From Lama guanicoe (Eukaryota), in NCBI GenBank assembly GCA_013239625.1, contig MU053513.1:20370-84369 (forward strand): a DNA stretch of 64,000 nt. Direction: 5' to 3'. The notes beneath the pieces were generated by a model. The model was given only the letters and a program-made list of their open reading frames with translations. It was not told the origin of the DNA and searched no databases. The position numbers and the translations under genes are program-made. Positions 13,740-27,349 of this stretch are shown one piece after another. Every line of letters starts with the position of its first letter. The first letter of the stretch is position 1.

Positions 13740-13810
13740 ACATTTTATAAATTAAAAAACTGAAGCTCAGAGAGGCAACATGATTTATTAAAGTCACACA
13801 GCTACAAAGC
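13740..13810. mobile_element. MIR core fragment
   Basis: cattttataaattaaaaaactgaagctcagagaggcaac...aaagtcacacagcta. Confidence 0.65.
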
Positions 13811-16559
13811 CCTCTGGTTCTATTTTTTAGTGGCTGTATTGACCAGAAGGAAAGTGGAGGTCAGTAGCAGTAAATTAAATTACCGAGTGAAGAAGAAAGA
13901 GTAGAAGCTATTTGGGTCTTATGTAAAAAAAGAAACAAAACTCAGGAAAAATATGAAATATGGTGCATCCTTAGCATCACAAAGGTGAGGTGAATCAAGG
14001 ACATGTTGACAGTTTGACCAAATAGATATAAATTTTGATTAAAAGCTGAGTCACTGTCATTTTCCCTTGCTAATCATTTCACATGAACAAAAATCACTTG
14101 CAGAAAATATGTAACTGTAATTGTAGATGGAATCATATGTATTATTTAGTTTTATTTTGGCAAAAAAAATGGGGAAGTTTGGAGAAGATTTTTTTTCTCC
14201 CAGATAAAAAAATGAGATCATAAGAGAATAAGCCTTTGAATCATGTATTTAAAAAAAGTGTTTTGGGTCTGTACCCTCCAGAGGTTTGGGTCATTGAAGA
14301 TCTGTTTTTTCCATTCACTGACTCTGTTCAGTGCGAAGTTCATGCAGCTGTATATGCAGACCGTCAACCTCTCCTACCCACTGAGTTCTCTGCCCAGGAG
14401 GGACATTTGCCCATGCATTACTAGAAACTTATTCTCCTAGTGGCATGTACTTTTTGGCTTTATATCAAAATAATTGTAGCATTCTGTCCTTTACAATCTT
14501 GCAGGCATATTGGGAGTAAAAACAAAAGCCAACATACCTGATTTCCTATTAACCTTGATCCCAAACTCACCCCAGCTTTCATATATTCCTGGGAGTTGGG
14601 ATGCTCTGACTGCAACTTTAAGATAGCCAGTGTGGATGGAGTGACTCGGGCTGGTCAAGACATCCCCTGTTTTCATAGAAAACTTCTGGACATGAATAAA
14701 GCTTGTATAGTTGATCAGTACAAGAAAGTAAAGGATATGAGATGCTGGCTTTTGTGTAAGAACTTACAAAAAAGGATAGGATGCTTTTGAAATATATTTT
14801 AATTAGAAATGACTGATCATCTGTTTACAGCCACCCAATTTCTCAAGCCATTCCTTCATTCTGCCAGTCCCAAGGTCCCAGCCTCTTAGCCTTTGTTGTT
14901 AATTACAACATGTTATGGTAATGAGAGCTGCATATTTCATCATAATAATGTATAGAAGGTATATGAGGTAAATTCAAAGCCAATCCCAGCTATGGGTGCA
15001 GTTTTTATAATGATTTACTTAATTAGTTAACTTGCTTCCATTTCTTTGCCACTTAATGTTTTACAAATTCAGTAAATTATTTTATGTCACACTGAATTAA
15101 CACATTTTATGTCAATTAAACCTCCTCTTTAATAAGTAAAGTAAAAAATGACATTCAGTATGGTTTCAAAAGACAAATCAAGATCTCAAGTTAACCTGAA
15201 ATCCTGTAATGATTTCAATCTATATTTTTAGGTGCAAGTGAATTTTATTTTATTCTAATATGTCATAAATTTATATTTTATTCACTTGTATTTCATTTAT
15301 TTGTATTTTAATTGGAAAGGTTTAGTAAATTAAAGTGCCACACAGAAAAATCCCTTAATTCCTTAAATATTCTGAGTAATCAATTTTTATTTTTTGGTTC
15401 ACAAGATGCACAACATTGTTTCCTGAGTTGTATTACTTTGATCAAGACAATACCAGGAAATGATTTCTTATAAAATACTGTGTATGTGTAGCTTCCAATT
15501 AAAATCCAGGCAGATAGTTTAGTCCTTGAGTTAAGCTGATACTTTCAGGAAGTTACTTGATTAAGAAGTGAGTAACTGTAAAGAAATCAAATGAATCCTG
15601 AACACATTCCTTAATATGTTAACAAATTGTGAAATAAAGAGAATGTTAGAAGAAAACTGAATTAAATTATGTCAATACCAAGTTTATAGATCATTTTCAT
15701 TTCCATAAATGTAATTAGCGATAACTGCATTAGCAATGGCACAATAATGTCAAACAAATCTCTCTACCTCGTGGTTTGTTTCAGCAGTACACTTGTGTAT
15801 GAGAGAATATTCTTTTGAATAACAGGCAATCATTTTTTTCCACTCCTGGTATGTGCTTTCAAGTAGATGATGCCCAATTATTGCAGGTCCTCTCCTCTTT
15901 CCCCTTCTTTGGTCACTTTTTTCTAGGAGAGTTGGAAGCCCTTTTCTGATTGGTAAATTTGGGAAGAGTAAATTAAACGGACTCAGCTCAGCCACTCTTT
16001 TCTATTGGCAGGGGTTGTTTTGTACTTGGTGTTAAAAGAAAATTCAGAGGACTTTACTAGGTATGAATATTTAAATGAGCAAGAAACAAAGTGTTTACAA
16101 ACAAGGATACTTCAAACCCCAAACTAGTATGAAGCTCAGAAACATGATGTTACCTGATGGCTTGTAAAGTGAAAATAAAGTTGTTTAACCTCTACAATGA
16201 TTGGTAAATACAGCGGGAGTTTCCAGATGGCTGGGGATTGGTTAAAAGCGACTATTTCCTCCATTTTAGGAAGATGACTTAAGTTTCTTTTATGATTATC
16301 AGAGGCATTAGTAAAAAATAACCTAAGTTTTTCTTATGTTCATGAAATAAGCTAGAATTCATTTTGCAGACATGGCTTAAATAATTTTGTCTACCTGTAG
16401 GATTTTCAAGCCTGGTCTCCATTTAATTTTAGTTTAACCATGGTAAGTCCTTCAAAGTGGGCAATTCTTCTTAATTCTGGGGTTCATTTTTAGGAGAAAA
16501 TTAGGCTTTCCTATCTAAGGTCATGCCCTCCGACTGGCTTCTGTCAGTACACCCCCCAC

Positions 16560-16908
16560 AAAAGAAAAGAAAGAAGGAAAGAAAGAGAGAGAGAGAGAGA
16601 GAAAGAAAGAAAGAAAGAAAGAAAGAAAAAGAGAGAGAAAGGAAGGAAGAAAGAAAGAAAGAGAGAGAAAGGAAGGAAGAAAGAGAGAAAGAAAGAGAAA
16701 GAAAGAAAGAGAGGGAGAGAGAAAGAAAGAGAGAAAGAAAGAAAGAAAGGAAGGAAGGAAGGAAGGAAGAAAGGAAGGAAGGAAGAAAGAAAGAAAGAAA
16801 GAAAAAAAGAGAAAGAAAGAAAGAAAGGAAGGAAGGAAGAAAGAAAGGAAGAAAAAGAAAGAAAAAAAGAAAGAAAGAAAGAAAGGAAGGAAGGAAGAAA
16901 GAAAGAAA
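16560..16908 (+). repeat. 349-bp pure polypurine tract (GAAA/GGAA/GA compound repeat)
   Basis: No pyrimidine on the + strand between these positions. Confidence 0.95.
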
Positions 16909-18836
16909 CTAAATTTAATTTATCTTAGTCTTTTCTTTGTAACATATTTTAGTTTGAGCTCACTTTTTTCTTTTTCAATAGAGAAAAAAAATGTTGCCTT
17001 TCTTTAGTGTAACATGTTTTTAGCTTTTAGTTGACCTAAAGTTTTCTTTGTCCCAATATGTGTTCCACAAAGCTATAGAACTACTTGCTGTTCTCTTGAA
17101 TATTATAAAATTCACTAAAGAAGTCTATAGTTAATCTGTGATAAGATTTCAAGATTAATAAATCTGAATTTTCTTTGCACCAAGTTTGAAATGTAAAATC
17201 ATTCATGCTGATTAGAAACTCTCATTGGAAAATGTTTATAACTTTGACTAATAAAAACAAGAAAAGTTTCCTTCCATCTAACAGAAATACTGATTTACCC
17301 AAGGTTATCAAGTAGGTAAACTTTCAAAATAGTATTTGAAGCCAGATTTGTGTCAAGCCAGTGATGACTTTCTTTCCACTATACTGTGCTGGTTCTTTGG
17401 AAAGACTGTATATTGCAGCTCAGTTAAAAAAAAAAAATGAAAAGAATAGTGGGAAATACCTCATTAATGATTTTTTTAAATTATTCAGTGCCTATTTTAT
17501 TATATAGTTACTTTTTAATACATATTCATATGTAAACAATATTTTTTACAAGATAACCTCCATGGGAAGAAATTTTGCAGGCTCTGAAATAGATCATAGG
17601 ATAAACAATAATTTTTTTTTGTGGACAAAAGGAATCTTACCTACTGAGCAATATGAAGTTTCCTTTAAAACAGGATACAAGAGTTACATGTATTTTATAA
17701 GAATCATTTATTTTCTTTTTTCTGAACCACTATTGGTTCAGATCACCCTATTTTTAATCTTTAGGAGTAAATCTTTGATTTTTTTTCCTATGTAAATAGG
17801 CGATATGATAGCTCGTGCCTACAGAGCCATGTTTGGTATACTGTGCGAAGCCACTGTGTAATACTTCTCATGGCTCTCAGCCTGGAAAAAAAATCATATG
17901 ATCCCTATAGTAAGAAGCATGGAAAATGAACTAGTAGATAGTATAAAATGAAATATTAAGTAGTGGTATAAGGAGGTATAGTCAAGATAATCAGAAAAGT
18001 GAGTAAGAATGGTGCAGCTAGAATATTTGAGGAAAGCTTTTTAGATGCAAATTATTGCTTTGTCCATATTCTACTTTTGCATAGTCCTGTTCTGTGCCAT
18101 TTGCTCTGCATGGTATGAGTGCTGAGGTTCTTAGCCGTGCCTTTCTTCTCCTGGAGCTAATTAATGGAATCGCAGCTCTCGGTCTTGAAAACTACAAATT
18201 GCAGTGAAAGAACTCTAGCAAGATAAGGAGAAAATACAGCTGTAGAAAAACAGACATAATTCTGTAGAGTTCAGACACCTAAGAACCTTGGACTATGGAG
18301 ACTCTTGGTATGTCCTGTGAAATTAAGCTTTAGCCTCAGTAACATCTATGATTCTGATTGGTTGTAACCTAACAATCTGTTGTGCTGATAATATCCAAAC
18401 TGGTGTCTCCATTTTCTGGAACAATAAAATCATGTTTTCTTATTAAACCAGAAGAGGATTACTGACATTTCTTTCTCTTCCCACCTGCCTGGAGTAGAGG
18501 GCGAGAGCCCAGTCCGTGACTCTGTTCCATTTCTTATTGAAGTAAAGAGGCTAAGACATTTTGCTTCATTTAAATTAACAATTTCTTGGAGGTGTTCCTT
18601 AAACTGAATAGTAAAAAGAAGACAGAGTTGTAAAGAGAGTGGAATGGAGGAAAACTGATGACTAGTAGAAGGAATGTAAATTAAAAATGAGGAGTAGGAA
18701 ATGTTGAGCCCTTAGGACTTTTTTAGGAGGTAGGGCCAACTCCATCATTAGCTCACTATTCATTTATTCATTCATTCAGCATGCATTTATTGAGTTCCTA
18801 TTTGGTACCAGAAACTCATCCAGATTTAAAATTACA

Positions 18837-18879
<43 letters not shown>
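18837..18879. repeat. (AAT)n microsatellite
   Basis: About 14 units, read directly. Confidence 0.95.
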
Positions 18880-18881
<2 letters not shown>

Positions 18882-20384
18882 CTTGAAGTCAAGAATACCT
18901 ATCTCAGAAAAATTAAGTGGCCTTGAACAAGATAATTAACCTCTATAACTCAGTTATCTTTTTCCTATCTTTAAAATTGTGACAATGATAAACACTAAAG
19001 TAGATTAAAGTTCTGAATCTACAATAGAGATGTTAGTAAAATCAATAAGAGCCTGATTTATTTCAGTAAAATAACTGAGACATAGCTGGGGATGTAGATC
19101 TATAAGTGAACAATTACTATTCACAATTTTGGAAATCTACTCTATATCGTGAAGCTCAGCAAAAGGTTTGTGCTAGATGGCTAGGTTACGTCCTTGTCCT
19201 CCGAAAGACATAAATGAGGGCGGAGACAAGAGCGGGTTACCTTGTTGGAGAAACGAGTTACCCTGATGGAGAAACTTCACTTTTTTGGTCTCAACATCCT
19301 TATTGGTTAAGTGAGGGAGTTGGAACACGAGGGTCCCTTCTGGCTCCAACACGATGTAGCTTTACGTGATCCGAAAGCTTTCTCCGTGACTCAATTATGC
19401 TGCTTTGCTAGACACAGATCTTTCCCAGTGTGAGCCAGAATTACAGTTACTTTGTAGTTTTCTCTTGACGAAGTTTATTTTCCAAAGGATAAGAGAATCA
19501 CGTGCATTGTCCCCAGTTACATTCTGACTCGGAGGATGTGCTCAGCATCAAGAAGTTTCCATCATCCATTCCCTCATGCACACATTTTTTTATTTCACCA
19601 GTACCTTGCCTGTCCTTTATGGTTACACTGCTTCATATTTCTAAACTTTTTAAAGAGAAATTACAGAGTCTCTACACTAATATCTTTAGTTTACTTTTAT
19701 AACTTGTTTTCAATATTTATTTTCTCTCAACTAGGAGAGATTGAAAGATCTTATAAAATATTACAAGCACTAATACAGTCATCCACAGACATCTTATTTT
19801 TTTAATCAAGGGTGGGTATAAAAAGGATCTGCTTAAAATTGGTTAACTAAATTTGCTTTCTAATAAAATAAAACAGGTGGATATTTTATTTGATTTTGAA
19901 CTTGATAAGCTCAGGAAGAAAATAAGATTTTTGTCAAGATTTGCATCAACTGGAAACCTTAACTCTTAACGGCAGTAAGCAGAAATAAATTCTAGGCACA
20001 AAAAGCCAGAAGTTGCTGTGACTCATAAGTCTCCACATTGTCCAATGAACAGAAGAAAACGTCCTTTAAAAACACCATTCCTCATTTCAAACAAGCTGCA
20101 GCATTTCATCTTCACCATATCACTAAGGCAAACACTTGTATAGGTTATGGTCATCAATCAAAGTCCCTGTTAAAAAGTTCTTTCTATTTTAACTACTCTA
20201 GAAATTCTCATTTAAGGGATTCAGCTCACTGAGCCGGATCAATCCATACTAATGCAGCTATCATGACCTTTATTTTTATTTTCCTCTTTCAAAAATGCAA
20301 TATAAACATAAATAAAAGAGAAAGCAATTCCCATAAAGCTAACTGTCTTTCTGGTTTGGTTTCTTGTCATTGTTGATTTTGTTC

Positions 20385-20435
20385 TCTGTGTGTGTGTGTG
20401 TGCATGCTTGTGTGTGAGTGTGCGTGTGTGTGTGT
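20385..20435. repeat. Imperfect (TG)n microsatellite
   Basis: Read directly from the sequence. Confidence 0.85.
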
Positions 20436-20479
20436 TTGACAGGAGTTTGAAAGTTCTTAAATTACTTTCTGTCATTGAT

Positions 20480-20800
20480 TGTGTAGTGGAGGCTATGACA
20501 TTTTACTCAGATCCTCCTTTCAGTTCTGAAGCACTCACGTGCTGGCTGTGCCAGGAAGGGAGAAGCTGGTGGCTGATTCCTGTCAACTGACTCCCTCCCT
20601 GGGAATTGGTCTCGCCAAGGACACATTCTTCCTTGAAGGATGCACACATCAAATGACTAGTCATATGGGGGCTAAAGGGGTGGTCCCGTACACCACTCTG
20701 AGGGGTTCTGAGCACCTCGGAACTGAAGACTTTGTTGCCTGTAAATTGCAGTTCAACTCCTCTTCCTTCTGCCCAACTCTCTGTCCTTCATTACATAACA
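20480..20800 (+). mobile_element. ERVL LTR remnant (LTR16-like)
   Basis: Starts tgtgtagtggaggctatg...cagatcctccttt and contains ttcaactcctcttccttctgcccaa; GC-richer than flanks. Confidence 0.6.
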
Positions 20801-22666
20801 GATGATAATTGTGAGAGGACCAGTCGTAGTAAATCTAGTAAACTGGCCTAAGACAGATGGTGTAAAATGGTTCTTTTCATGGTGGTATAGAAAATTATGA
20901 AATTCTTCTTTTCAAATGACACCATCGTTTCTTCATCTTGGGCATACCTCACTTCAGGCATAGCTTAGTGCTTTACACAGGGACTCAAGTTCGGGAAATT
21001 TAAGGGAAGAGAATAAATGATATCTGATATAATGTAAGTCTTTTGGAAAGCTTTTGTAGGACTCATTAATTGACGGGTAAATACTGAAATATACTTTTCT
21101 CTGCTCCTTACTTCTTCTCCAAAACACAACTTCGTAAGTGGCACTGTGGTCCAGCATAATGTGAATGGAATATATGTGTTGCCTACTCCCTGCCTGTTTC
21201 AGATTTCTGACACCTTTCTTTTATGTCTCCATAACTTTTTTTAAAACTTATCTTGGCTAATAGCTTATATTTCCTTCTCCCTTCACCCATGCTCACCCAC
21301 ATCAGAGGTTAATAGTCTAAATGACAAATGTAATTATATCACTCCCTCACCTTCAATAGCTCCCTATCATTCACAGGGAAAAGTCATTATTCTTTAGAAT
21401 GTCTGGTATGCAGAGCCAATGGAGTCTACACTTAGAGCGTTAGCCCTATACATGTAGAAATGACAATGCTTATTTTAATATAGAGGATATTTGTACAACA
21501 AGGACTGCTTCTAATTTCAACTTGTCACAACCTTTTATTGAAAAAATTCTGTCTTCACCAGAGAACTTGGGCTCAATTATAAATCATTCTAAGTAAAGCA
21601 TGGATAATAATGAAAAAGTAGTTTTGAGAAGATAGTCAAGTAAGAAATCATTTATGTGTTTTCCACTATTTTACCTTCATAAGCAGTTCATGTTCTAAAG
21701 AAACTCAAGGCTGTGAACATACTGAAATCATAATTGCTAAAGTGTATTGTTTTATAAAAGTAACTATTTTTTAGGCGTCACACTGATTAACAATTACTGT
21801 CAGTTGAGAAGAAATGTTCATAGAATTAATTTAACTACCAATCTTCTTATTAAGTCATGATGCATTAATAATGAAAAATGTGTCTTGAAAATGTTTTTAT
21901 CAATATACATATACATATGTCTATTTTAATATAGATATGCTTAATTATAACACATTTTTGTGTATATTAACACATACATACATACACATATACTTTTAAT
22001 ACAAATACCTATATAACATTTTCCTACATGACAAAATGTCAACAGAAAATTATATCTTCTAAAATTTAACCTAACCCAGTTCAGAAAGTGTTTATTAAAT
22101 ATTTCGCATTCTGCTAGCCAGAAGTTTATAGCATTATCTTATCATTAAGAACTCATTGTCCCGTGGAGTAAGTCTGTTTTAGATAAAATTTACAAGTCTA
22201 GAAATAATGAAATATCTTATGCTTTAAAGGGCTAAATTAAAATTTTAAAATTTATGATATAGAAATCTATAGATACAGATTTGCACAAAGGAAGAACTTA
22301 CTGTTGGACATTTTCAATCAAAACTTCCAACAATTGTTTAAAAATAAACAAATTATGTGTATTATGTAATGCAAATTTATTCACGGAATTTATTCATGAC
22401 ATTTGCGATATGCTGTTATATCTGAGGACCATTCTTTGAGAGACAAGGGTGCAAATTATCTTTCATAACTGTTTTGTCCACATAGCCAGCACATGCTTTT
22501 GTTCATACAAAACTAATATTTAAATTCACAAATACTATCCCAAGTACTCTCACTCCCCTAATTACAAGAGGTTTCATTTATAGAGAGTCTTTTAGAGCCA
22601 GTGTACTATGCTAGCTGTAGTAAAATTAGCAGATGTACTACCAAATCTCAATGCACTCCCACCAGC

Positions 22667-22751
22667 CCAAATTTCCATACTTACGCTACCAAAAGCAATG
22701 CTGAATTCCATCAGAGGTGAGGCAAATATTATACAGAAAAAAACTGAAACT
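22667..22751 (+). repeat. 85-bp dispersed duplication, copy A
   Basis: Matches 23537-23620 with 2 substitutions and one 1-bp indel. Confidence 0.95.
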
Positions 22752-23536
22752 TTTAGTTCTGCAGAAAAACTACAAAGCAGAATGTCTACAAATATTCTAT
22801 TACTTACCTAAGTTGTATAACATACAGTCTGTTGATAGTTGAGCTGTGAATACATATATTTTTCAGCCATTTGCTTTCTGAAAAATATTTTTGATGTGTG
22901 AGTCAAAAATCCAGACGATTACATAAAAATTTACTTAAGATAATAATATCAAATCTATTATTGTTTGTTTTCTCACAGGATACAAAATAGTTCGCAAATA
23001 ATACTGATTTGTCTTGAAAGGCACTGCAGCATTTTATTTAAGTTTTTAAAAATCTAAAGGTAAATCTAAGAGTAAAGTTAATCATTATGAAATAAGCAGG
23101 AATTTTCAAGATTCACAATTGAGTCAAGTGGAAGTATTTTGCAAGTTAGACCTTGGAATCATGATGGGTAGAGCATTTTTATAGAGATGATACACATAAT
23201 TCACAACATTATTCTTTTTGAATCTGGTTCTTGAAGTCACTATCTTACAGCACAGGCTTTAATGTACTTCCAGAATTCCTCTATGGTTTGAGGTTACTGA
23301 ATACCTCTAACTGCAATTGAAATATGAATTTGAATTTGAACTCTAAGGTCTTGATTTCCAGGCATCCAAATGCAGACAAAATGATACTCCGTCAACCATT
23401 TATAATACTTTATTACCATGTTAATTCAATTCAGTCAACATTTGTTGAGTGTCCATCATATAGTGGTCATTATGCTACGTACTTATAACAAAGTATGTGC
23501 TGGCTTATCAATGTTATAAATTTGTTTAACAAACAA

Positions 23537-23620
23537 CCAAATTTCCATACTTATGCTACCAAAAGCAATGCTGAATTCCATCAGAGGTGAGGCAAATGTT
23601 ATACAGAAAAAAATGAAACT
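23537..23620 (+). repeat. 84-bp dispersed duplication, copy B
   Basis: ccaaatttccatactta(c/t)gctaccaaaagcaatgctgaattccatcagaggtgaggcaaat..., 870 bp after copy A. Confidence 0.95.
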
Positions 23621-24103
23621 CATAATCATATTACAATTTAATACAGCAAATTATTTTTTACAATTATAACATCATTTTTAAAAGGCACATGTTCAAAGGC
23701 ACTTGTTGTCAACTATGTTGAATTTATTGTGCTAAAATTATAATTATTACTAGTTTTCTGTTAGATTTTTAATCTGAAATTGCCAGAAATTGTTTATTTC
23801 CACTTCATCTTCTGGCATTTGGTTTCTAAAAGAGCTTGAATTATTAGAATAAAAGATGTTCAACATCTAAGAATATGGTAACAGATTGAATTTGGTCTTA
23901 CGAAGTACTGACAAATGAAAGATGGCTTTAGTTTATATATCTCTAAGGAACCAAATCAGGACTGGAAGATATTAAGCATAAAGGAGACATTTCCTTTCTG
24001 AACAAGGAGGAAATCACCACCCAAATAAAGGCAACTCTCGCAGTGGCTGGTGACTTCCATTTCACAGACGTCTTGGGTCAAAGCATTTGTTAGGATGTTC
24101 TAA

Positions 24104-24303
24104 ACAACACTATCAAATAAAACTTTCTGCAATGGCGAAAACATTCTATATTATGCTTCTAATATTGAGACACTAACAACATGTAATTATGAAGCATTTG
24201 AAATGTGAGGAGGGTGACCAAGGACCTGAATTTTTAATTTTAATTAATGTAAATTTAATTTTAAATAGCCATGCATGGCTAGTGACAATTATATTGGAAT
24301 GCA
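24104..24303. mobile_element. MER3-like hAT-Charlie MITE
   Basis: aaataaaactttctgcaatggcgaaaacattctata...gcatttgaaatgtg...ttaaatagccatgcatggctagtgacaattatattgga; ~200 bp, palindromic organisation. Confidence 0.8.
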
Positions 24304-25489
24304 ATTACCTCATACATTCAAGCATAAGTTACAGGTGACATTTAAAATTCCTTCTCACACGGTCAATGCTTCTGTGATTTTTTTGACAATTAAGACAGCC
24401 AACCTCCAGGCTGCGGACCCCCTGAACACACCCCTTTATGCCTCCATTACACAGAACTCACCACTTCTTTAGTGAAGAAGCACCCTGGTACCACACATGC
24501 TACATTTTCTATGTGACTGCAAAGTAAAAAGATGGCTATAATACTATCCAAATTGAGTGCTTTTGTAAAGTCACATATGAGGTTGCCTCCTGTGGGGTTA
24601 ACCTTAAATAACTTCCAAATGCCGAAAGCTCGGAGTGGCCATCGTGGTCGCACTGCGGTTATTTCACGCCGTTCCTTATGAACCAAGAGAAGAGAGAGCT
24701 TTCTGAACATGTAAAACAGATTCATTTGGCAGAGAAGCAGGGCAACTGCTATTGTGAACGCTCAAAGTCAGATTCTCACTTTCAAAATTTGCTGTTTGTG
24801 GGATGAAGGAATGATAATCTGCCCACATTGCAGAATTGTTTCCAAGGCAAAAGACTTTAAAGTAGTAGACAGATTTTTTTTTTCCACTTGAAGTCTTATC
24901 CATGGGCAGCTGCCAGAGGGGGAAAGAAAAAATAAACGTTTTGCCTTTTTCTGGATGTACTAGAATACAGACTTCCTAAACTGACACAAAATTCCAGCCA
25001 AAGTGGGCCGCCAAAGTGAAATATTTGTTTTTTTCTCAAAAAGACTCCATTTTTCTTGCTACAGGACTTTTCCCTCACACTGTTTTCTCTGCCCGAAACA
25101 CCTCTCCTCACAATTTCACACATTGAAAGCATATCTGATCCCTAATGTTCATATTAACGCCGTCTTATCCATGATTTTCTTTATTCTGTCTACCTTGCAT
25201 AATTTTTTCCTGAACCTACTTATATGCGTACACTGAGAAAATGCTCACGTGTGCTCTTCAAGATCATCATGCCTGTAACTGATGACCCGGACATCACTGT
25301 AACCTCCCCAGTGCTTAGAGCACTGCCATGATAATATTAAATAGACGGCAGATATGCTGAATTAGCAAACAAATAAATACATGGATGAATGAATGAATGA
25401 ACAAAGAAGAAATCTTTAGGAAATGGTTCACTGGTAAAAGCATCTGAAAAGCAAGTTAAACACTAGCTGAAGATGTTAACATTTCTGGA

Positions 25490-25960
25490 GAACTCTTTAC
25501 ATCGCAAGTTACATGAAGCTTCTTATAAACTGATGTAAAAGCAAAGGAAGAGAATTTACTGACTGAAGTAGCTTGAATAGTCTTTTAAGAGGTGAGGTTT
25601 CAGGGCATTTGGAGACAAGTCTTGAAATGACATCCATGGACTAAATTCTTTCTTCCTCTGGGTCGGCTTCCTCTGCCTCCTCGGAGCTCCGTGATGGCGG
25701 CCAGCAGCCTGAGGGACTATGTACTTATAGGACCACTTCCAGTGGAAGAGTAATGGAATTGTCCCCAGGATTCCTGACAAAACCTGAGATTCACTTTAGG
25801 CGTCTGCAATGCGATACACTGAAATTCTCCTGTCCTGGAACTCGCCTGGTGGTGTAATCCCAACAGACAACGATTTGAAGAAAGAGCGTCACCCTCCCCA
25901 CCCTCCACCCTCCACCCCCAACTTCTAGAGTCATTTGCCAGAAGAAGGAATGTCTGTTGA
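25490..25960 (-). mobile_element. ERVL/MaLR LTR remnant (LTR33/LTR16/MLT1-type)
   Basis: Minus strand reads gctgctggccgccatc...cagtaaattctcttcctttgctttt...gtaacttgcgatgtaaagagttct, typical of these LTR 3' ends. Confidence 0.55.
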
Positions 25961-26619
25961 GGAGACGCATAATAAATGCCCATCTCAGCAAGTGAAACAA
26001 AACTAAATTTTAATGAGTCATTCTCTGACTGAGAGCCATTCAATCCTACCATAAACGCCTTAAGAACCCAGTGAAAGTTCCTTATTCTTAGTATATTAGT
26101 TCCAGAAGTGGTTTTCTTTTTTCCCCTTCGGAATAAGAAAATTCATCAGCAGAGGGAGTCATTTGCGTAAAATCACTGTTCACGGCAGGCAGAGAGGATT
26201 TTCAACGTGCGTTTCCTCCCATGTACATCTTTCCTGGTACCCCCTGTACTTCTTTCATAGGTAGCAAGTGTTGATGGTGACCCTTCTCTTTAGCATCTGG
26301 TTAATATTATGTTAGTTTCTCTGAGAAAGGGACTCTTGACAGGCAGGACTCAGGCTGATAATGATGCCTGGAATAAAGACAAGGTGCCCACTCTTACCAG
26401 GGTGTAATTCGGGTCAAAACAGCCTCTGAAATTACATTCTTTCCTTGCTCTTATTCATAGTCGCCTGGTTTCTTGTTTGATTTTGACCTTGAACTTAGTC
26501 TTAAATTTATATTTCTGTATTTTTTGTAGAACTAGGCCTTCTTTTGACCTACTTCCAGGAATTATTCTCAGGATTTTATCATATTTATTAAAAATCTTTT
26601 CCCTCTCCATAATATTGTG

Positions 26620-26850
26620 GAAGGCAACATAAGCTGGTGGTTGAGCTTAGGCCTTGCAGTCAGGTAGAACCAATTTCCTTTCCCATATCGAACCCTGACT
26701 TAAACATCATACAGTTTGGTCCCCTGATCTATAAAACATAAATAATGTCAAAGAGTTGTTGTGAAGACCAAATAAAGTACAGAAAGTATACATAAAGCAC
26801 CATGCTTAGCATTGAGTACATGTTAACGATTATGGACATCGTAATTATTT
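26620..26850. mobile_element. MIR
   Basis: ggtggttgagcttaggccttgcagtcag...cagtttggtcccctgatctataaaa...agagttgttgtgaagaccaaataa. Confidence 0.6.
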
Positions 26851-26959
26851 ATTATTAACTATTAGTTTAACAGCATATTATGAAGAAAGGTATCTAAGAA
26901 CCAAATTATTTTAGAGTCATTCATGTTCAATTTACTATAAAACATCTAACTGGTAAACT

Positions 26960-27333
26960 ATGGGTCATAAGGAAGGCGATATATTTTGGGCTTTGTACTA
27001 AGTGTAACAGGGAAATAGTAAAGGAATTTCTTTAGACAAATTTTGAATTTTAGCACCATTCCTATGATTATATGAGAGAATAGATTCTAGGGAAAGACAA
27101 AGGCAAGAATGAATATAACGAAGCTCAATTAGGTCATCATTAACGTGTCATAGGTGGGAAGAAATGTCTTCTATTCAGTGTAGTTACAGAGATTTGGACT
27201 TTCTTGCAAAGGTAAGAAAGGATTTGGTGATGGACTGAAAGAGAGAGAAGACCCAAAATGTCTACCAGGTTTCTTGTTTGAGCAAGTACATGGAAAATCA
27301 TATCATTCACTGAGATAAAAATAATAGAGGAGG
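26960..27333 (-). mobile_element. L2 fragment
   Basis: aggatttggtgatggactga...ccaggtttcttgtttgagcaagtacatgga...cattcactgagata is antisense L2. Confidence 0.65.
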
Positions 27334-27349
27334 TAAGTCCCTGCATTTG

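Noticed and set aside
16523..16912. 129-aa K/E/R-rich ORF
   Set aside because: Translation of the polypurine tract, which cannot contain stop codons.
17824..17877. Inverted repeat agagccatg/catggctct as a possible miRNA hairpin
   Set aside because: Only 9-bp arms with an unpaired spacer; expected by chance in 64 kb.
25556..26052. Cluster of minus-strand ORFs
   Set aside because: Overlaps an LTR remnant; no recognisable product.
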